Assembly (NCBI GenBank): GCA_004431415.1
Contig: QPMI01000408.1
Span: 806,001-870,000, forward strand
DNA length: 64,000 nucleotides
From: Cyanophora paradoxa CCMP329
Taxonomy: Eukaryota > Plantae > Glaucophyta
Direction: 5' to 3'
Positions 34,501 to 47,095 of the stretch are shown here, in pieces. Position 1 is the stretch's first letter. Every line of letters begins with the position of its first letter. The notes under the pieces were generated by a model. It was not told where the DNA came from, did not search any database, and saw only the letters and a program-made list of their open reading frames with translations. Both the position numbers and the translations under genes were made by a program.

Positions 34501-37081
34501 CCGTGGGGACGTCGCCGAGGCGGGAGTGGAGTGTGCCCCACTCCTCCTGGGTGATGCCCAGGTCGGCGAGGTTGACGCCGGTGGCTTCGAGGCCCGAGTA
34601 GTCGTCCTTGGAGTGGATCGCGACGCAGATCGACCCGCGCGACTGGCCGATGACGCGGATCACGTAGACCGGCACGAGCACGGCAAGAAAAGCGTGCGAG
34701 GCGTCGAACTCGGGGTCGTCGGAGAACTGGCGCGGAATGAGAGCCGCCTGCGAGGGTGTGCCCGGCGCGGCGTACCGCGAGGCGCGGGACTGTCTGAGAG
34801 CCCGCGAAGGGGAACGGCGGGAAGTAGCCGGTGAGGCGGAGAAACTTGCTGCACGCGAGGAAGCGGGAGCGCCGCGGCAGGTCGCGCCAGTAGACCCAGG
34901 CCCCCATCCCGCCTTCGTGAAAGGGGGGGACTTGTCGAGCAACTCGGCCGCCAGCAGGTTCTGGCCTGCGGATCGTCGTAAGCGACGCAGCGAGGTGGCG
35001 GGAGGAGGCCCCGAGCGAGGGTCTAGTGGGGTTCGGTGGCGGCGGCGCTGCCGCGGCGCAGCCGCGGGGCGGGGCGTCAGCGCTGGCTGGCGGGGCCGGA
35101 CTCCGTCGGGGACGGGAGCGGGCCGCAGCGAGGGCCGCGCGCGGCGTCCGCACTCCGAGTAGAGGGTCCGCCGCGCGAGGCGCCCGCGGGCCGTCCCGCA
35201 GCGCGAGGCGCACGCGGGGTTGAAAGTCCAGGGTAGGAGTTGCCGGCCGAGGGAGGGGCCGGTGCCGCCGCAGCAGCCCGGGGTCACAGCGAGACGCACG
35301 CGGCCCCCGGAACTCCTTGCACGGGGCCCACAGCGCCGAGCGCTCGCGGGCGGTCTCACAGCGAGGCGCTCGCGAGACCCGTGCTCCTGGTCGAAGTTCG
35401 CCGGCCGCCGGCGCGGCCGGGCTCCGTCGGGGACGGGGCGGGCCGCAGCGAGGGTCGCGCGCGGCCTCCAAACTCCGAGTAGAGGGCCCGCAGCGCGAGG
35501 CGCCCGTGGGCCGTCCCGCAGCGCGAGGCGCACGCGGGGGTTGTATGCCAGGGGGGAGTTGCCGGTTGAGGGGGAGGGTCGGCGCCGCGGTCGCAGCCCG
35601 GGGCCACAGCGAGACGCGCGCGGCCCTGGAACTCCTTGCACTGGGCCCACAGCGCCGAGCGCTCGCGGGTGGTCTCGCAGCGATGCGCTCGCGAGACCCG
35701 TGCTCCTGGTCGAAGTTCGCCGGTCGCAGGTGCGGCCGGGCTCCGTCGGGGACGGTGTGGGCCGCAGCGAGGGTCGCGCGCGGCCTCCGAACTCCGAGAA
35801 GAGGGCCCGCAGCGCGAGGCGCCCGCGGGCCGTCCCGCAGCGCGAGGCGCACGCGGGGTGAAGGCCGGGTTGGGAGTTGCCGGCCGCAGGGGCGGCCGGC
35901 GCCGCGGTCGCAGCCCGGGGTCACAGCGGGACGCACGCGACCCCGGAACTCCGTGCACGGGACCCACAGCGCTGGGCGCTCGCGGGCAGTCTCACAGCGA
36001 AGTGCTCGCGAGACCCGTGCTCCTAGTCGAAGTTCGCCGGCCGCGGGCGCGGCCGGACTCCGTTGGGACGGGGCGGGCCGCAGCGAAGGTCGCGCGCGGC
36101 CTCCGGCCTCTGAACTCCGAGTAGAGGGCCCGCAGCGCGAGGCGCCCGCGGGCCGTCCCGCGGCGCGAGGCGCACGCGGGGTTGAAGGCCAGGTTGGGAG
36201 TAGCCGGCCGCGGGAGCGGCCGGTGCCGCGGTCGCGGCCCGGGGCCACAGCGGAATGCACGCGGCCCCGGAACTCCTAGCACGGGGGCCCACAGCGCGAC
36301 GCGCCCGCGGGCCCGTCTCGCAGCGAGGTGCTCGCGAGAACCGTGCTCCTGGTCGAAGTTCGCCGGCCGCCGGCGCGGCCGGGCTCCGTCGGGGACGGGG
36401 TGGGCCGCAGCGAGGGTCGCGCGCGGCCTCCGAACTCCAAGTACGGGGCCCACAGCGCGCACGCTCGCGGGCCGTCCCGCAGCGCGAGGCGCACGCGAGG
36501 ACCGTACTCCGTCGTCTCCCCGGGTCGCGCGAGCGGCCCGGGCACCGGCCGCCGGGGAGTTGTGAGACCAGCCCCGATCGACGGCGGTGGGCCTACAGCG
36601 CGAGCGCACGCGGGCCGAGGCGATCCTGCGCGGAAGCCGCCGGGGCGCCGATGATGCGCGGCCGGTCGTCGCGTCGAGGCGGTCTCGACATGCGCGCAGG
36701 TGGTGGTCAGCCAACCGCCGGGAATCAGGTGGCGAGGTGCGGTAGCCGCTTAAACGGAAAAGAGAGGCCGGCGGCCGCGGATTGACGATGGGCCCCCGGA
36801 ATAGCCTTCGCTATACGCTAGCGAGGCGGGCGAGCCCGGTCGTGAACCTACGTACCGCCGTGGCAGTAAGGAACCAAATCTAAGCGGGAACCGCCACCCG
36901 CCGACGATTCCGGCAGGATTGCTGGTGAGAGGGTGCCTTCGGGCCAGCCGTCTACGCAGAACTGCTGCACGGTTGCTGCTGCGCGGTTGCGCCGCAGGTA
37001 ATCCTCGGCTAGTGGGCTCCAGTTGACGCCTGGGAGGCCCGTGGCCGGAAGAGCTGGGATGGTCGGCGGTCGTGCCGACAT
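31508..37081 (-). CDS. Spliced gag-like ORF1, copy 2
   Basis: Predicted introns 34727-34775, 33946-34000, 33179-33225 and 31687-31739, possibly 34966-36855; ends ...DRPKKGKKPKGGKRGKD*. Confidence 0.62.
35100..36500. repeat. ~320-bp tandem repeats of copy 2
   Basis: Equivalent to 18060-19460. Confidence 0.9.
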
Positions 37082-37113
37082 GGTGAGCTGGCGTGCTAGA
37101 AGTGCTGGCTGTG

Positions 37114-37429
37114 GCGATTTCGCTTCGCCGCTGGTCGCTTCGTGGCCTGGAGCGGCCGCGAGCGAAGCTGGGCGTGAAGGGAAACCCCGAATCAGCGTAC
37201 CCCCCGGAGCTCGGCGGCTTCAAGCCCGCCGGCTCGGCCCAACGGCTAGCTCAGCTAGTCCCTTGCGGGACGCTCGCTGCAGCCTGCTGCTTATCCCGTG
37301 CTCGCCTCGCGCCGCTCCGCGGCTAGCGAGTCGCTCAGCTCTTTTGTGCCTGGCGCTCGGCTACGGTCTTCTTTGTTCGCATTCCGTCGGCGCAAAACTC
37401 GATTTACGCATTGAGAGCGCAAATCCCGA
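37114..37429. repeat. Repeat A1 (5' end of copy 2)
   Basis: Matches the other A copies. Confidence 0.95.
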
Positions 37430-37484
37430 TGCGCAGAGTCAGACATACGTCGGAGAGCTTTTGCAAAGTCATAATACAACGCAC

Positions 37485-40400
37485 CTTTGCTTCGTACTCC
37501 TTGCCGGGTACGAGGGTGGCGCTGTCTGGGACCGCGGTGACGAGCTTGCCCGAAACGGGGTTCACGAAGCCCCCCTCCGGGCCGGTAACCGTCCAGGAGA
37601 CGAGGTCCGTGATGACGAAAAGGCAGCTGGTGACCGGAGCGCCGCCCGTCTCCGAGTTAATGAGGAAGGCCACCTTGGCGGCCGCCGGGTCGGCGTTGGA
37701 ACAGTACGCGTCGACGGTCGGCTTGCCGGGGTTGTTCGCCTCTGTCTTCACGGGGCCGTAGGTGTCCGAGGCGCACAGGCTGCGGTCGTCCGAGGGGTCG
37801 GCGACGTTGCAGCAGGTCACGGTGATGTCATAGTCCGTCCAGGGGGCGAGGCCCGTAATCTGGACGCCAGTCTTCTCCGTCCCGCCAACGACGTTCGAGG
37901 CGTCGACGGTCGTTGTGGTCGATCCGGCCGTCGCAGAGACTGCACGCGCGGCACGCGGTCAAGCGGCTGCGGAGGAGCGATTCAGTTGAGACCATTGCGC
38001 ACCGGTGCATTTGCCGCCGTTGTATCCCTGGCCGTCGACGCCGTCCGTGCTGGAGGGCGTGAAGCCGATCGTGATGGAAGATGAGGTCTCGGTCGTCGCG
38101 CCCTCGTTGATGACGGGCGCCTGCGGCGGGTTCGGGTCGGTCTTGACAGTGCCGGAGACGGGCGAGCTCGTCTTGCTGTTCCGGTTCGTGCACGAGCCTT
38201 CGTACCTGCGAGCACAGTCAATTTCGTCGTCGTCACGTGACCAGGAAGCGAAAGGTTTTTCAATAACGCACGAGTAGGTGCGGTACGGCTTAAGGCCAGA
38301 GAAGGTGTACGAGAGAGCTGAGCCCGAAGCCGGGTCCGTCCACGTCTTCGTCTCAACATTCACACCGTCAAGCTTCAGCGTGACTGCGGCGGGCTCGCGT
38401 CAGCAGAGATTCACTCAAAATATTGTGGCTATCTGACGGCACCAGTGCAGGAGGAGTAGCCGGCCCCGCCGACGCCGTCCTTCTTCTGGCCGTCCTCAAC
38501 GCCGACGGGGGTGAAGCCGACGGTGACCGAGGAGCTGGTCTTGGAAGTCGTCACGTCCTTGGGCGTCGCGGGCTTCACGGCTGAATTCGAAAGAGGCGTG
38601 AGACGCGAAACGCGGCCGCGCTGTTGTGAAAAAAGCCCGCGCACAGGGTGTCCTGAACTTGGTGCCGTCCAGAGTGGTCGCGAGACCGGCTTGGCCGCCC
38701 GTGGCCGCAACGGGGCTGTTGGTCGAAACAGCCTGAGCGATGTAGTAGGTCCAGCAGTCGAGGCTCGAGAAGTCGACGGTGTCGATCTTGTTGTTGGTAT
38801 AGGACCAAAGACCGGAGCGGGCCGTGCCGGAGATGGGGCCCGAAGCCGGCAGCGACTCGCTCTTGAAGATGACGAGTGTGGAGGCCGCGTCGAGGGGGAC
38901 TCCCGTCGTCGTGTCGCGGCCGGTGTTGGAGATTTCATAGCCAACCCACGCCGTCGAGGTGAAGGCCGACGCATCGCTCGAGGAGCCGGTGGTCAGCGCA
39001 TCGGCGAAGGTAGGCGCGTCAGCTGCCAGAAGCGAAGCGGTGAGCAGTGCGCGCGCGCAGCGAAGCACTGCGAAACTGCCAATGCGCACCCTTCGTGACG
39101 TAGCCGTCGGTCCCCGAAGTGACAGAGGGCGAGACGCCCCCGGCCACGTTCTCGCAGGTCGCGGTGACATGGTACCGGGTGTACGCGTTCAGGCCCGTGT
39201 ACGAGAAGCTGAACGGCGACCCCGAGATTGTGACAGTCGCCGTCTGCGGCGCCGGGGGCGCGGGCGAGAGGGACGCTGCGCGGCCACGGACGTCAGAGAT
39301 TTCAGAACACGTTCTGTTCTTTGGCGCCGCAGACCAGAGCACTTGGAGTAGCCGTGGCTGTCGACGCCATCGCTGTCGCCGGAAGCCGGCACGACGCTGA
39401 AACTGAGGGCGGAGGCAGTCACGGACGGGTTCGAGAGAGTCGGCGTGGACGGGTCCACGTCTGCACAGAAGACGGAAGTCAGAAAACAGAGCGCGCGGAA
39501 GCGCGCAGTAACAAGAATGGGACTCACGGCCCGTTCGCGTGTTGGCGCCCGCCCCGGTCCACTGGAGGCCCTGCTGGGTTGGGCTGACGAGCGTCGGCTT
39601 GTTCGTGGCCTTGACCTGAAAGGCGGCTCGGCCCCGCGTGCGCAGGGCGGACGCGAATGCCGAGCTCGAGCGCACTGTGATAGTGTAGAGGGTGTAGCGG
39701 CGGAGGCCGCCGTACGCGAAGGTGAGGCCGGCGCCGGAGTTCGAGTTTAGGCTGCCGGTCTGGGTCGCGGGGCCGCTCTCGGGGGCGGGCGAGACGGTCG
39801 CCTCGAGGTCGGCGTGGAGGTCCTCGCCGAAGGTCGCGTCGCGGCCCGTGTTGCCGACGCCGAAAGTGATCGTCATGCCCGCGTCGCGCGCGCTGCCGCC
39901 GGCAGTCGCGGTCACGGCCGTCACGGAGCCCGTCGGCGCCACAGCTGGGGGTCGAGTTCGAAGCATCAGCGAACCAAAGCGAAAGTCCTGTTTGGATCGC
40001 GGCGCCGGGCACCGAGAGTGACGAAGTCTCCCGACGTGGTGACGGTCGAGGTCTTCGAGTCCTTGTTCGTGCAGGTGGCCTGGCGGGATCTTGAGGTCAG
40101 CGCCGCGCATTGCTCACAAGCAGAGTTTGCATCTTTACCTTGAGGTAGTATTTCTGGAGGGACGCAAATTAAATGCGGTCGAGAGCTCCGATCAGATAAC
40201 CCGAATCGTTCAACGCAAAAGATATCGATCAAGAGAACGGCGCACCGTATACGCGAGCAGGCCGGAGAAGGTGAGCGGGAGGGCGGCGCCGTCCGATGCG
40301 ATGTGGCTGCCGGAGCTCGGCGTCGTCAGCGTCGCGACTTGCGAGTCGTCCTTCTTGCGGAAGAGCTTGACTGCGCAAGCAGGTGATCACGAGCCCGGTA

Positions 40401-43400
40401 TAGCGAGACGCTTCTGTTGCTTGTTTGCCACGCACCCTCGCAGGAGTTGTAGCCCTTCCCGTCCACGCCGTCGCCGTTGCCGCTGGCGGGCGTGAGGTCG
40501 AACGAGACGGTGAGATCGCCGCCCTGCGCCGAGGACGGGACGATGTTCGAGATGCCGGGCGCGTTGGGGTCCGCGCTGCCGGTTTTGAAGTTTCGGTACG
40601 CGGCGTCGCTCGCGATGCCGTTCTGGTTGTTGTGGGCGGGACTGTTCGTAGCGACCACCTGTGGCGGCCGCATGAGTCCTGCACGTGCGTGTACACGCAA
40701 ATGGCAGCCGAATTCGAATCAAGCGAGCCTTTGCGATGTAATCGGCGTAGCGCTCAAGGCCGGAGAAAGTGACGCCGACGCCCGAGAGGGAGTTCTGGAA
40801 GCTCGTCGACGACGGGTCTCCAGCAATGGCGTCCGCCGCGGCGCCCTCAGTGGTGCCCTTCCAAACGCGCATCTGTGGGAGCAAGGAAAGTGATCAGGAC
40901 GTGTGAGACACGGGCGCGCGAGATGGCCTCTCCGTAGATTAAGAATAGCAACGCACGACGCCAGCCGCGTTCAGATTCAGACCGGTGACGGGGTCGCGGC
41001 CAGCGTTGTCCTGCGCAGAGAAAAAGCTCAGCGCAGCGCGGCAGCGCGAGAGAGCTCATGATCAGCGTAAAGGGCTGCGCAGACCGTCTTGAACCAGAGG
41101 GTAGCCGTCGCCTGGCTGGCGCCGCTGCCCGCAGAGGTCGCGTAGTCGTCCTGAGTGGTGCCGACTTTGCGGAAGGCAGCGTCGGGCTTCACGGCTGCGA
41201 AGACGGGTTGCTCGAAACGGGCTCGAGGATCCAGCTCGCGATCGAGAGGGGGCGGCCAAACTCACCGAGGGTGACGAAGTTCGCCGTCTGGGCGGCCGAG
41301 GTTTCCCCGGCGATGTTCTTGCAAGTGGCAGAGACGGTGTACTGCGTGTAGGCCTTCAGCGGAAGCTTGTCGGCCGGAACCTCGACCGTGATGGCCCCGT
41401 TGGCCGACGGCGTGCTGACGGCCCCGAAATCGTGAACGAGGGTCGTCGACTGGAAAAGCTGAATGTTGCAGCTCTCGTAGCCTGATCGGAATTTCGTCGT
41501 TAGTCGCGGTGCTGAAAGGAATACACTCTCCAAGGCACACCTTGCCCGTTGACACCGTCGTTGCTGGCGCCAGTCGCGGGCATCACGGTGATGCCTCCGG
41601 TAAGCCCGCCGCTTGAATTTGGCGTTCCCGGCGTGATGCTGGGCTTGTTGGGGACCGAGGCTGCGAAAGGTCGGGCTCAACCAGAAGCCCGCTTTGAGCT
41701 GGCGAATACACAGCTAAAGTGCACCTGGGGTCGTGATTTGGGTCGACACGGTGCCAGTGAGGCCGGCCTGACCTCCGGTTGCGAGCGCGGGCGAGTTGGT
41801 CGACGACACGGACACAGTGTACGTCTGCTCGGCGCATGAGTATTTCGCAGATCAGGCGCCGTCGTTATTCGAGCTGCAGAGCGCTTACGGTGTACTGCGC
41901 CAGGAAACCGAACGACGCGGTCGTTGAGGATAGCGAGTTGGTGAAGTCTGCCGGCGTGAGCGATGTCCCCGCGGATGCGCCGTCCGAGGTGCGCACAATC
42001 GAGATCTGCGCGACCAAGCGCGGTCACAGGTCTTGTCGGACGCGCGCGATTGACATTCAGACGCGGACCGTCCTGCTTGCGACGAGAGCCTCTCCTGTGG
42101 TCGGGTTGCGGCCGGTGTTTCCGACCCCGTAAGTGATCGTAATGCCGGCGTTGCCCGGAGTGCCGGCAGACGCTGTCGGGGTTAGGATATTCACAGGTGC
42201 GGGCACGACAGCTGCCGTCGACTTTTAGGCGAAATCGAAGGGCGGAATGCGCGGCTGCACGCGACGCGCCTCGAGTAACGAAGTCGGAGGACATATCCGA
42301 CGGCGCTGTCACGACGCCCGCAATGTTGACGCAGACAGCCGAGTGCCTGTATTTCTGCAAAGCGGGGACGGAACTGAGAGGCCAGGAGCCGTGTTTGCGT
42401 GAGCTAGACTGGCAGATTCACGCGCACCGTGTACGCGTTCAAGCCAGCGACGGTGACGTTGACAAGGCCGGTGAATCCAGTCCACGACGTCGAGCCGTCG
42501 GGGGCGGTGGTGGTCGGCGCAGTCACCGTCGTGGTCTTGACTAGCGTGCCGCTGGAGGCCAGAAACGTGCTGATCGTGCACTCCTTGTATCCCTACACGC
42601 GGAGTCGGCGCTCGAGCTCGGGCAGAATACGAGCACCGCGTGTTCGCGCACCTGCCCATCGACACAGTCGTCCGCGATCAGGTTGGAGTCGTAGGTAATC
42701 TTCAGGGCGACGCCAACGCTCATGGTGGCGCTGGAGAGATCCGCAGCCGTGGAAGCTTGGAAGACGGGGGCCGGGGGCTTGGCGATTTTGCAGTCGGTCG
42801 GCGGCTGGAGTCGCGAGATGGTGCAGGTGAACGGCGAGCGGTAATAGCCAGACTTCTTGTTGATATAGTACGTGCAGGCCTCCGGGTGTATGCAGCGATC
42901 AGCGGCCGCACAATCGCGAGCGAAAGCAAAAGAAGAGAGTACCTGGTACCACCGGTAGTAGCGGATTCTCAGTGCGACGCCAAGGTTATAGTTTGTTGGA
43001 TTCTGTAACCAAATCAAACACGCCAGACACAGATCGGCCGCGGAGAAGACGGCGTACCCAGTTGGACTGGTCGTTCTGGCACTGGTTCTCGTCCACGCTT
43101 CGCATACACGATTAGAAGAGACAACAAGTGTAAAGAAACGCGATCGGCAATTACAAGCACCTGTTTTTGGTGTCGCAGTTGGTGTTTGGGAAGCACCAGG
43201 GAGTTCCGCTCTCCTGTGTAATCTCGTACGAGGGCAGCCGGGCGATCATGTTCCACTGGACGCTCAAGTCAGCGCAGGGGAAGTTGAAGAGGGCAAGCTT
43301 TGGGGGGGTGGGGGTGGGGTGGGGGGTTGGGGGTGGGGGGTGGGGGGGGGGGGGGTGGGGGGGGGACCTCATTGATCCCGATGGCAGACACGTTCGCTGC

Positions 43401-44306
43401 GCGGAAAGGAAGGGATTGAGCGACGCGAGCAAGTTACGCGGCAGCGAAAGATCTAGAGAAAGCTAAGGCCCCACCCCAGGTCGTCGACGCGTGGTTATTC
43501 TCTTGCAGCAGAAACGTCGCATCCACTCCCTGGCGGCAGGCAAACGCAGTGGTCAGCTCCGACTCGCACGACGTTCAGCGCACGACGATCAGCCATGCCA
43601 ACCTGGTCGATCGGAGGGTCGTCGTTCACGCCGGCGAGGTCGAGCATGATACCATCGGACTTGGTGACCACGATGTACGCGCGCGTCCCCTGATTGGGGC
43701 GAACAGCTGCAGCGAAGTCAGTGCCAGAACAGCTTCTAACACTGCGGCTGGTCGCGAGCGCGGCGGCAGCGGAGCGCACGCTTGATGCCGAACAGGGCGT
43801 CCCCGACGAACGCGGTACTGGGATCGGGCCCCGTGACCGAGACGCCGTAAGGGTCGGCAGTACACGCGCCCGACCAGAAGCCCCTTCCGAAGCCGTCCGC
43901 GTCGCTGCCGAAGGTCACCGTGTTGGTGCCGCCCGCGAGCGACCTGCTGGTCTCCACGGAGCTCTGGCCGACATTGCTCGCGACTGAGAACGTCAGCAGC
44001 CGTCCCCTCTCCTTCGAGCAAACCGTGCTGTTGAGCTTGAACTGCAACACGTGATCAGGAAAATCAACATCTACGTATACGTATACGTTTCACGATCGCG
44101 AGGCGCACCTTATAGGTGCCGGCCTGGGATACAGTAACCTCCAGCCGGATCCAGCCAGAGTTCGCGACTCCCATCGAGGCGCCGGTAGCGACCACGGTGA
44201 CCCGGGCCGCCGCCTGGGCCGCTAGCGATGCTGAAACCAGCACCAGAAGGAGCGCCCTGATCGCCGGGCGGCGCCCGGCGATCGCGGCCGCTCGTCTGGG
44301 CCCCAT
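37485..44306 (-). CDS. Host gene, 5' part: large secreted/surface protein with many fibronectin type III-like repeats (many short introns)
   Basis: Signal-peptide-like N-terminus MGPRRAAAIAGRRPAIRALLLVLVSASLAAQAAA; repeated GLxxYTxYxVxxTCxNxAG and ITxGFTP motifs; intron 1 at 44042-44108 (GTGCGC..TTGCAG). Confidence 0.82.
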
Positions 44307-44337
44307 CGAGGGAGCTGCTCCGCGTCCGAGGCCTGTG

Positions 44338-44350
44338 AATTATATAATTA
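44338..44350 (-). promoter_or_regulatory. TATA box of the FN3 gene
   Basis: TAATTATATAATT island in GC-rich DNA ~35 bp upstream of ATG 44306. Confidence 0.55.
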
Positions 44351-45603
44351 GACGCGGGGCGCATTGTGTCAGAGTGAAGAGATGTGTTGGGGGCCCCAGC
44401 GGCCGGGCTTCAGATGGGGCGGGCCCGGGCCCCGGCGCCCAAGAAGATCCGGAGCTAGGGTACTATGCCCTAATGGATATGCACACGTACACTTGGGGCG
44501 CCACGCACCGAACTTGGAAGTGCGGCTCGAACAGAGAGCTGCGCATGCGCACGCGTAAGCGCGACCATTGTGTATACGTAAGAAGATATTGAGGCGATCC
44601 CGAGCATAGGCTCCTATAGAAAGCTTCATCTAGACTGAAGCCCCAGCGGATGCAGGCGCCGCCGCCGCCGTCACACACGGCGCCGTGGCCATGGCCGCGG
44701 CCGGTCTCGGCCGGCACGACATCCTTATGCATGTCGCGTCGGTATCGCCGCTGATCCACCAGCAGCCGGCTGCGGGAGATCTAGAGGGCCTACTCGGCCG
44801 AGGCGACTGCTGCAGCTGCGGACGTCGACGGTCGCTGCGTGCACGCGGCCGAGCAAACGAAAGGCGGACGAGCAAATTAAACGATTTGCCCATATGCATG
44901 GCTACTGGGGCCAGCTGCCAGGCTGCAGCTGCAGGGACCTCATGGCTGTACATGTTCCGACAGCAGCGGCCGCGCGCGGGCCTCGAGCTCACATGATGTC
45001 GCTGCTGTTGGCCCGTGGTTGGCCGGCGCGCGGGCGCGGGGGGGGGGGGGGGGTCCATCCGAACTCGAATATCTGCTGACCGGACCGCGCGCCCGCGCGC
45101 GCGGATCGATATCTCGCCGATTCGCTGCAGCTGTGGTCCAGTTGCACGCGCAGCTGCAGGCCTGGGCCTGGGCCTATATGGCCTAGGGAAGTCGAGGAAG
45201 TTGGAGTCGACTTCCCCGCGGCTGGCGCGCGCGGCCGCTGCAGCTGTCCTTCCCCCTCCATGGCCACCGCCCGCGGCCGGGCCCGTCGGTTGTGCATACG
45301 AAACCGCGCCCGGCGCGGCCCAGCGACCCGCCCCATATGCATGGCCAGCGACCCGGGTCATGATCAAGCTTAAGGACTATACGCACCCGAACTGCGGAAC
45401 CGCGCGCGGGGCAAGGCTCCGAGCGCAAGGCCGCTAGCCTTGCTGCTGCTCCTCCGCGCGACCTCGTACGTACGACCTCGTATCGTACGAGTCGACAATG
45501 AGCCCCGGGGCCGCGCGCCCACCAGAAGCTGGAAGGCGATCGCTCCCAGGCTCCCAGCTGCAGGCTGCAGCCTGCAGGCTGCAGCCTGCAGTGGCCCTGC
45601 ACT

Positions 45604-46154
45604 TAGGACCGTGGACCGGGCCGGGCCGACCCGGGTCGACCCGGTCGGGTCGGCCAGGCAAGCGGGTCGATCGGGCCGACCTCCCGACCCGGGTCAGACC
45701 CGATCCGGGGCCGAACCGGGTCGACCCGGGCCGGAGGGTCTTGGGTACACCCTTGGGGACCATTCTCCACCTTTCTGAAGTGTTGATAAATGCTGAGATC
45801 TTCGTCTATATTACACATACTATGTTTATTACACTTATATGTCGCAGAGATGCATGCAGATGTACATGTACAGTGGACGTGGCTCCTTGGTGGAATATAC
45901 GTACCCCCCAAAACAGCAGAAGTTCGTTTCCGGAGCGCATAATGCATCTAGATATTGCAAATATTGCATCTTTATAATGTATCTGCTGCATTGTAGCACG
46001 TTTTCGATGTAATTCATCACGTTTGCGGTGTTCTTTCGGTCGAGGGCGGGATCGAAGTACCCCCCCTGAACCGACCCGGGTCGACCCGGTCGGGTCGGCC
46101 GGGCGAGCGGGTCGGGTCGATCGGGCCGACCCCCCGACCCGGTCCACGCCCCTA
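45604..46154. mobile_element. hAT-type MITE, 551 bp
   Basis: TIRs TAGGACCGTGGACCGGG / CCCGGTCCACGCCCCTA; 8-bp TSD CCTGCACT at 45596-45603 and 46155-46162; subterminal CCGACCCG motifs; AT-rich core. Confidence 0.88.
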
Positions 46155-46524
46155 CCTGCACTGCCGCTAGCTGCAGCCTGCAGGCTGCAGCCCCGGGCGC
46201 GGCGGCGCCGGCGGGGCCTCGATCCACAGGCTGGACGGTCTGGACCACAGCCAGCCTCCACAAGGTCATATACGGTAGGCCTGGGTACAGGTTTGAAGTC
46301 GTGTGTTCGCTGCAGGCTGCATGCAACTTGATCCAATCATATATGCATGCACTTTAATTTGCATATGATCTCGAATCTCCGATTCCGATTGCGATAAACA
46401 GTCCTGCCCCGGGGGCAGTGCAGCCTCTGGTCTGAATCGGGTAAAAATATATAAATTATAAATTTCGACAATTATACACGGGATGGGTAAAATGAAGTGC
46501 TAGAATCACATATATATGTAACGG

Positions 46525-46614
46525 GAAACAGTACACAAGCAAATGAAATATATACGGCAGGGGAAAGGTCGAGAAACAGTACACAAGCAAATGAAATATA
46601 TACGGCAGGGGAAA
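46525..46614. repeat. 42-bp direct duplication (period 48)
   Basis: GAAACAGTACACAAGCAAATGAAATATATACGGCAGGGGAAA twice. Confidence 0.9.
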
Positions 46615-46730
46615 TTAGAGTATGCATGCAATGTGAAGGCCATAGTTACAGATGACATAATATGTACGGGTAATATGCAGAGCACCGGAAACAGGGTAAA
46701 CGAGAGAAGGGTAAGTCAGAACCTGTACCG

Positions 46731-47095
46731 GTACCCGTGCGCTGGTTCACCTCCCCCGTGCTGAACAGTTCAGCACGTCGGACCAGTCGATCATAAGGAT
46801 GCGGTGTCCTTGGCATACGGCGGTTTTGACGACCGAATTGCACGGGTAGTCGCGACTGGCTTTCGATTCCGTAGCTGGGCCTGCATGTGGACTGCGAGAA
46901 CGTGTACCCGCTAGCGGGTTCACCTCCCCCGTGCTGAACAGTTCAGCACGTCGGATCAGTCGTGCATAAGGTGGCGGTGTACTTGACGTACGACGGAGTT
47001 GACGAACGACCTGCACGGCTCGGCACGCCAGACTTTCGATTCCGGAGATAGCGATGGGACTGCAACGGCAGTGCGCGATTGCGACCGTGTACCCT
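46731..47095. repeat. Two diverged ~173-bp tandem units with a conserved palindrome
   Basis: GGTTCACCTCCCCCGTGCTGAACAGTTCAGCACGTCGGA at 46744 and 46917. Confidence 0.85.

Larger units (their letters stand above)
26067..37429 (-). mobile_element. DIRS-order (PAT/Ngaro-type) retrotransposon, complete copy 2, 11.36 kb
   Basis: B2 26067-26620, spacer 26621-27270, A2 27271-27586, B1 27587-28141, ORFs, A1 37114-37429; flanks rejoin as host GTCACC-T-GCGCAG with no conventional TSD. Confidence 0.95.

Noticed and set aside
43300-43347. G-run as telomere or G-quadruplex element
   Set aside because: Appears to lie in an exon encoding a Pro/Thr linker (PPPPTPTP); run length is unreliable
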